From positions 1 to 58,831 of the forward strand of contig JANQFJ010000209.1 in NCBI GenBank assembly GCA_028277915.1: a stretch of DNA of 58,831 nt, read 5' to 3'. The position numbers were made by a program, and so were the translations under genes. The notes below the pieces were generated by a model. The model saw only the letters and a program-made list of their open reading frames with translations, ran no database searches and was not told where the DNA came from. Source of the stretch: Saprospiraceae bacterium. Its GTDB lineage: Bacteria; Bacteroidota; Bacteroidia; Chitinophagales; Saprospiraceae. This document shows, piece by piece, positions 18,363 to 24,266 of this stretch. Each line of letters starts with the position of its first letter. The first letter of the stretch is position 1.

Positions 18363-20372
18363 TCAAAATCTCCACTCGAGACGAGCAAACCAGGTTCTTC
18401 CCCAAAGAAAAGAATCGGTAGCATGTGCTTCACCAGATTGGGTCCTTACGGTATCTAAATTTTTAACATCTAAAATATTCTTGATCCCACCATTCAGTCT
18501 CAGTTTATTTTTCAAAAAGGATTTATTTAATGTAAAATCAAGAATATTATTTGAGGCGATGCGCGTTTCAATCAAATCTCCTGTTCCTTTTTCAATGGCA
18601 TAACCAGGCCTTTCGCCAACAAATTTATAATATAGAGAAAATGACAAATCTTGCTTTGTAAAGCAATAAGTCACTTCAGTATTCAAATTATTTGTATATA
18701 AATAAGACTTTAAATCAGTGTTTAATTCATCGGAGAATGAATTGTATCTTCCAATAAGTGCGTAACCAGCTTTTGCTATCAACTGTGGTATTGGTTGATA
18801 AGAAATTTCCAATTTTCCTCCATGTGTTTTATGTTTGTTGACATTGATATAATTCCGTTCAAAATCAATGAGGGCACTTAAAGCGATGAGATTATCTATA
18901 TCGTTATAAAACAAGGAAGGTTCGATGGTCAGTTTTTGCTTGTTACCAAAGTTCGTTTCATTATAAAATGATAAAGAAAAATTATGCGATTTTTCTGGTT
19001 CCAAGTCAGGATTACCCGATATGTGGTAAGTAAATGGCCCTGCGGGTAAATAAAAATCCAGATATAATTCTTTCAAGGATGGTGCTCTGAAGCCACGTGC
19101 ATAGGAAGCAAGCAAGCGAGAGTTTTTTCCGACATCCAGTTTCAAATTAAAAGCCGGGGTCAACAAATTGCCATATTGTTCATTATAGGTATATCTAAAT
19201 CCTGGCTGAAGATTCAATTGCTCCCAAAGGCGGAAATTTCCACTAGCAAAAACAGCGAAAGTCTGAATGCTTTGGTCGCCGTCTAAGATCCTTTTCCCTT
19301 CTGTAGTTTCATAATTGAATTCCGAACCAATGGCATAATTTACGATTGCATCTTTTTTATTACTACTAAATTGTCCTCTGAAAAATGCCAGATTATACCT
19401 GGTCGTATCGTGATCCGAACTTTTTGTAGAAAGTGATTGCTCGTCAGTGCTGGTGTCAGTTAAGTAGGCATTGTTAAAACGCAAATAATCAGAGTAAGCC
19501 GCCGTAAAATCAAGGTAATGATCTCCTGCTACGCTTCCACTTAGATTGAGACTATTATTGATTCTTCTGGTATTGTACAAAATATCCTTTGCAACATTGT
19601 TGGTGTCTGCTTCTCCAAGTTTTTCGAGTTTTTCAGTAAAAATGTCTCCGGAATAACTCAATTTTAATGAATTGATCCATTGGCTAAATTGCAATTTTCC
19701 GAAATATTGTTTTCTGCTTTCCCATTCTCGATTTCGGAGGTCATTTTCATCCGGTGAATATCCTCCAAAAGAATAATGCCCTCCAGACAATCTCACCTTG
19801 CTATTTCCTTTCAAATAGCCAACACCTGCATTTAATTTTAAAACCCCAATAGATTCAAAATAGGAAGCTAAATTGCCAGAAAATGTTTTGTTTTGTTTTT
19901 GTTTGGAGATTAGATTAATGGTTCCGGCCATGGCATCTGTCCCGTAAAAAACAGATGTTGGACCTTCGATGATTTCAACCCTTTCGATGTTGTCAAGATT
20001 AATTTGAGAAAGGTCGATTATCCCGTTTAGCCTGCCAATCAGGGGTACACCATCTACCAAAATTTTTATATTTTCTTTTGAAATGCCCTGAATTTCCACA
20101 CTCGTCCCAAAAACAGAGCGTTGTTCAAGGTCAATGTTTAGTTCATGGTATAATAGTTCGCGCAGGTTGTTGGCTCCTTTCGAACGGATCTGACCAGCAT
20201 CGATTACTTTGATTTTGTAAACAGATTTTTCAATGGTTTGAGGATTGTATTGAGCAGTAACAATCACCTCTGAAAGTTGGTGGGTTTTGAGCGTGTCAAT
20301 ATTTTCCTGACCATGAAGTAAGGTTGCTGAAAAGAGCAGCATTACATTAAAAACAGTATTAAAGTATTTCAA
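18363..20372 (-). CDS. TonB-dependent receptor (small, BtuB/haem-receptor-like size)
   Basis: 669 aa with a signal peptide. Plug motifs are EVIVTAQ and IERVEIIEGPTSVFYGTDAMAGTINLISK. The barrel ends in the canonical ...FARLEWRF followed by TGA. Confidence 0.9.
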   Translation of the reverse strand: MKYFNTVFNVMLLFSATLLHGQENIDTLKTHQLSEVIVTAQYNPQTIEKSVYKIKVIDAGQIRSKGANNLRELLYHELNIDLEQRSVFGTSVEIQGISKENIKILVDGVPLIGRLNGIIDLSQINLDNIERVEIIEGPTSVFYGTDAMAGTINLISKQKQNKTFSGNLASYFESIGVLKLNAGVGYLKGNSKVRLSGGHYSFGGYSPDENDLRNREWESRKQYFGKLQFSQWINSLKLSYSGDIFTEKLEKLGEADTNNVAKDILYNTRRINNSLNLSGSVAGDHYLDFTAAYSDYLRFNNAYLTDTSTDEQSLSTKSSDHDTTRYNLAFFRGQFSSNKKDAIVNYAIGSEFNYETTEGKRILDGDQSIQTFAVFASGNFRLWEQLNLQPGFRYTYNEQYGNLLTPAFNLKLDVGKNSRLLASYARGFRAPSLKELYLDFYLPAGPFTYHISGNPDLEPEKSHNFSLSFYNETNFGNKQKLTIEPSLFYNDIDNLIALSALIDFERNYINVNKHKTHGGKLEISYQPIPQLIAKAGYALIGRYNSFSDELNTDLKSYLYTNNLNTEVTYCFTKQDLSFSLYYKFVGERPGYAIEKGTGDLIETRIASNNILDFTLNKSFLKNKLRLNGGIKNILDVKNLDTVRTQSGEAHATDSFLWGRTWFARLEWRF

Positions 20373-20470
20373 GATATTGGATTATTATTAATGAAAAAAT
20401 ACTTAGAATCCTGACAAAACAGGTAGCCAGAAATTGACTTTGATTTTACCAAAATCCATTAGGAGGTTTG

Positions 20471-20506
20471 AGTTTCCGGTGAAAGTTTTAAACTTCACCG
20501 GAAACT
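20471..20506 (-). terminator. Strong hairpin downstream of nirS
   Basis: AGTTTCCGGTGAA (20471-20483) pairs with TTCACCGGAAACT (20494-20506). The stem is 12-13 bp. There is no clear U-run on either strand. Confidence 0.5.
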
Positions 20507-20540
20507 CTATTTTAAAATTAAGATGCTGAAAAATCAGTGC

Positions 20541-22208
20541 TTAATAAATGTCGTGCATTGTATTGTAAGCATTGAATTTTCCTGTAGGAGTAACCAACCA
20601 GTCTCCTGTAATTTCGTGCTTTAACTCGAGTGTTTTGTCATCATAGATCAACAACGCACTGGTCGTTTCATCTTTTTTGCCCCAAACAGAAACCCAAACT
20701 TCATCTCCAGCCTTATTGTATTCCATATGAACTACGCGACCAGTATATTTGTCGGGTGCTTCAAATGTTTTTACGAGCTCCAGTGTTTCTGTATCATAGA
20801 CAAATACCGAACGCTGCAATTTGATGTCATTACTCAAAGCGCGATCCACCCAAAGGTGTTTTGATTTTGGATGTGATTTTACAAACAGGTTTCCACCTCC
20901 ACTACCGGGAAGCGTGATTGATTTTACAACCTTCCATCTATTTGGACCAGGGTCAGTACCGATACATGCTAGGGTTCCTTCTCCGATATGGCCAGTCACC
21001 CACATGTGGCCATATGTTTTGCTTTTTATATTAGCACCACGGCCAGGGTGAGGTTTCGTTCCCACATCGATAATTGATTCCAATTTTTGTTCGTCTACAT
21101 CAATGACTACCATTCTGTTTTTAGCGTTGGCAGCAACAAGGAAGTACCTGCCAGTATGATCCCAACCACCATCATGGAGAAATTGCTCTGCATCTATAGT
21201 TGTGATTTTCAGGCTTTCAATATTTGAATAATCAACCAGCCATACTTGTCCGGTTTCTTTAATATTGACAACCCACAACGGATCTTTATGAGAAGCGACA
21301 ATTGCAGCAACACGCGCCTCATCAAGATACTCACCGTTATTTACATCATAACCACCGGTTCGAACAATTTTAAGCGGTTCTAATGTCAGCGCATCAAAAA
21401 TGACAAAGTGTGCCGGAGTGTAACCTCCTACAATGATGTATTTGTCTTCATAACCTTTGTATTTACTTACATCAACTGAACGGGCATCAAAAGAAGCTTT
21501 TGCTTCAGCAACGACAGTTGGTTTTTCCATCCAAAGGTCAATCAATGTCACTTTACCATCACGTCCGATAGAGTAGAAATAACGCCCGGTAGCGGAACTT
21601 CTCAGGATATGAACTGCAAAACCAGTTTCAACAATACTAACTGTTTCTTTCGTATCACCATCAATAATTGCTACTTGACCAGCATCGCGTAAGATTACAC
21701 CAAAGTAGTTTTGCCAATTTCGATCATGATCTGGCTTGGTAGGTCGATCAGCTACCGGAATATTAATTTTCCATGCTTTTTTCATATCCTCCAAGTTATA
21801 ATCGGGAATAGCCGGAACTGGTAACTGAACAAATTTTGCCACCAAATCTATTTGGTGTTCATTGAGAAGCCCTTGCTTACCCCAATCTGGCATTCCACCG
21901 GGTGTACCGTTGTTAATGAAAACCTTGATAGCTTCGGTTCCTAGATCTTTAGTCGCAGGCCATTTTCCGTCACCATCAGGCAATAGTGAAGGACCGGTAG
22001 CTCCTTTACGAGTTGTACCATGGCAACCTGCACATGTATTGAAATAAATGTCTTTGGCTTCCTCCATTTCAGCATCAGAAAGGGAGATTGCACCTTTTGC
22101 AATATTAACTTTTTTCGCATCTGAGCTAGCGTTATTTTCTCCTCCTGAGCAAGAAAAAAAGAATGAGAAAATAAGAGCTGATGCGAATAAATTCAAAAAT
22201 TTAACCAT
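20541..22208 (-). CDS. nirS: Cytochrome cd1 nitrite reductase
   Basis: ATG at 22206-22208 gives MVKFLNLFASALIFSFFFSC. The haem-c site is CAGCHGTTRKGATGPSL. The d1 propeller is colinear with Pseudomonas NirS as I recall it: LRDAGQVAIIDGD, GRDGKVTLIDLW, KPHPGRGAN, and a C-terminal TPTGKFNAYNTMHDIY. Confidence 0.95.
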   Translation of the reverse strand: MVKFLNLFASALIFSFFFSCSGGENNASSDAKKVNIAKGAISLSDAEMEEAKDIYFNTCAGCHGTTRKGATGPSLLPDGDGKWPATKDLGTEAIKVFINNGTPGGMPDWGKQGLLNEHQIDLVAKFVQLPVPAIPDYNLEDMKKAWKINIPVADRPTKPDHDRNWQNYFGVILRDAGQVAIIDGDTKETVSIVETGFAVHILRSSATGRYFYSIGRDGKVTLIDLWMEKPTVVAEAKASFDARSVDVSKYKGYEDKYIIVGGYTPAHFVIFDALTLEPLKIVRTGGYDVNNGEYLDEARVAAIVASHKDPLWVVNIKETGQVWLVDYSNIESLKITTIDAEQFLHDGGWDHTGRYFLVAANAKNRMVVIDVDEQKLESIIDVGTKPHPGRGANIKSKTYGHMWVTGHIGEGTLACIGTDPGPNRWKVVKSITLPGSGGGNLFVKSHPKSKHLWVDRALSNDIKLQRSVFVYDTETLELVKTFEAPDKYTGRVVHMEYNKAGDEVWVSVWGKKDETTSALLIYDDKTLELKHEITGDWLVTPTGKFNAYNTMHDIY

Positions 22209-22233
22209 TGTAGAGTTTTTAATAATTAATAAT

Positions 22234-23568
22234 TTATGTCGTTTGTAAGGCTTCATTGGATGGTGTGCCGTATTTAAAAAAGTTTATAATGTACATGATA
22301 ATTCCAAGTGTAAATAAACTGGCTGCTCCAATTAAAATGAGGAAATGAACTTCCATAGCTTGCTGAACGTCAATGAAATCCATTCCTACTTTTCTTTCCA
22401 GGTAGACTTGTGTTACCCCCACTGCTGCAAATGCCGTTGTCATTCCAATCATGCCAATATTTGATAACCAAAAAGCATAATTAGCTCCGGGTTTGGTGTA
22501 CATTTTTCAGCCAGTCATCAATGGCATCGCATAAGTGATCATACCTAAAACCAGCATTCCATATGCTCCCCAAAAAGCCAGGTGACCATGCATTGCTGTT
22601 ACAAAAGTACCATGAGTCCAAAGGTTGACTGCAGGTAAAGTATGCGCAACACCAAGCAAGCCTGCTCCTACGAAAGAAAGAATCGCTGTTCCAAGCGTCC
22701 AGGTCAAAGCCAATTTGTTTGGATGTCTTTTTTCACCTTTTCTGTACATGGCGATGGCAAATAATGCCATTCCGAGGAAAGCGAGTGGTTCCAAAGCTGA
22801 GAAAATGCCACCAATCATCAACCAGTATTTTGGTGTTCCGATGTAGTAATAGTGGTGACCGGTTCCCAAAACTCCTGAAAGGAAAGTCAATCCAACGATT
22901 ACGTATAACCATTTTTCAATAACTTCTCTATCGACACCAGTGAGTTTGATCAGCAAATACGCCAGGATACCGCCCATGATGAGTTCCCAAACACCTTCTA
23001 CCCAAAGATGGACTACCCACCATCTGAAAAACGAGTCCATTGTTTGATTGTCAAACCAAACCATTCCCGGAAGGTATAATAGTGCAGCGAACAGCAGTCC
23101 CATCGTCAATACCAAAGATGTGGTTGTTTTTTTCTTTCCTGTAAAAAGTGTCATCAGAATGATGTAAAGGAAAAGCAAGACGTTAACAACGACCAGATAA
23201 TCCAGTGGTCGTGGGATTTCTAAAAATTTCCTGCCTTCCCACCAATTTAGGTGAAAGCCAATTACTGCTACAACACCGACTATTGCTAGGCTCCAAAACT
23301 GAAGTTTTACCAGCGGAACAGAGACCAATTCTTTTTCAGCTTCATCAGGAATAATGTAATACGCGGCTCCCATAAAACCACTTAAAATCCATACAACCAA
23401 CAAATTTTTGTGGGTTGCGGTGGCTGCATGGAAGGGAATCAGTTCGTGAAGTCCGTCATAACCAAGATGGGCAAATGCCATGATAAAACCATATACAATT
23501 TGCAAGAGGAGTAGCACTACACTTAGTGCAAAAAACCAGTAAGCTACTTGTTGAGATTTATATTTCAT
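22234..23568 (-). pseudogene. norB: Nitric oxide reductase large subunit (cNorB) with one in-frame TGA at 22507-22509
   Basis: ORFs 22507..23568 (353 aa) and 22234..22503 (89 aa) share a frame. The text reads ...ITYAMPLMTG-TGA-AAA-ATG-YTKPGANYAFWLSNIGMIGM. Together the two parts give about 443 aa, the usual NorB length. The HLWVEGVWE motif is present. Pseudogene status is uncertain; the alternatives are a split gene or a sequencing error. Confidence 0.85.
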
Positions 23569-23598
23569 TTTGAATGTTTTAAAAGATGATAAAAGGAT

Positions 23599-24039
23599 TT
23601 ATTTGGTTGGCAATTTGTCTTTTAAATCGGGTTCAGGTGGGAATCCGTTGAGATCCATTTCTCCGATCCATTTCAAAAAAGCAACGACATCGTTTGCTTC
23701 TTGCTCAGACATGGCATAAGCCACCATTTTTCGCCCCCGAGGCTGCCAGGGCTCTTCCGACATCAACACAGTTTTGCAGTACTCCGCTCCTTTTCTGTCA
23801 ATCACCTTGGTCAATTCGGGAGCATAATAGGCTCCTTCGCCCAATATCGTATGGCAGCCCATACAGTTGTGTTTGTCGAAAAGTTCTTTTCCTCTGACTA
23901 CATCTTCGGTGAGATTTTCTTCATTGGTTTGCTTTGGAACTTCCCGTGAGAGTGTATGCCAGGAAAGGACTAAAAAAATCAGGAAAAACAAAACTGTCCC
24001 TCCTAAAAAGAAATTCCTTGCTTGATTTTTCGTTAGCAT
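23599..24039 (-). CDS. norC: Nitric oxide reductase cytochrome c subunit
   Basis: 146 aa with an N-terminal TM anchor and the haem-c site CMGCHT. It lies directly upstream of norB. Confidence 0.9.
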   Translation of the reverse strand: MLTKNQARNFFLGGTVLFFLIFLVLSWHTLSREVPKQTNEENLTEDVVRGKELFDKHNCMGCHTILGEGAYYAPELTKVIDRKGAEYCKTVLMSEEPWQPRGRKMVAYAMSEQEANDVVAFLKWIGEMDLNGFPPEPDLKDKLPTK

Positions 24040-24069
24040 GATTAATTTTTTTTGGTGAAAGAAGTTTTT

Positions 24070-24099
24070 AAAATAAAAGACAAATTTGTCTTTTATTTT
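24070..24099. promoter_or_regulatory. 30-bp perfect palindrome 31-60 nt upstream of the norC start codon
   Basis: The sequence AAAATAAAAGACAAA|TTTGTCTTTTATTTT was verified base by base and is symmetric about 24084/24085. The core is GACAAATTTGTC. Confidence 0.4.
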
Positions 24100-24211
24100 T
24101 TACAAATTGAACAAACTATTCAGTGTTAAAAAATGACTTTCGTCAATTGAATGGATGATTGTTATCAGTAGGAACTATTGGAAGAGTTTTTTTTGAAAAA
24201 TTGTATAAAAA

Positions 24212-24237
24212 AACCAGAAGGTGATGGCCTTCTGGTT
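24212..24237 (-). terminator. Rho-independent terminator after the MACPF gene
   Basis: AACCAGAAGG (24212-24221) pairs with CCTTCTGGTT (24228-24237) around a 6-nt loop. On the minus strand a T-rich run follows (TTTTTATACAATTTTTC). Confidence 0.7.
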
Positions 24238-24266
24238 CTAAATATTGCAAGTTTTTCAAACCCTCT

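Noticed and set aside
20373-20540. Possible cobalamin or other riboswitch in the 168-nt leader of the TonB-dependent receptor
   Set aside because: Reading the minus strand, I found no B12-box-like element or other riboswitch core I recognise. The only strong structure is the 12-13-bp hairpin, better explained as the nirS terminator. An Infernal scan would be needed to exclude this fully.
24040-24266. Canonical FNR/Dnr box (TTGAT-N4-ATCAA) upstream of norC
   Set aside because: No match with at most 2 mismatches was found by eye. Only the different 30-bp palindrome, reported separately, is present.
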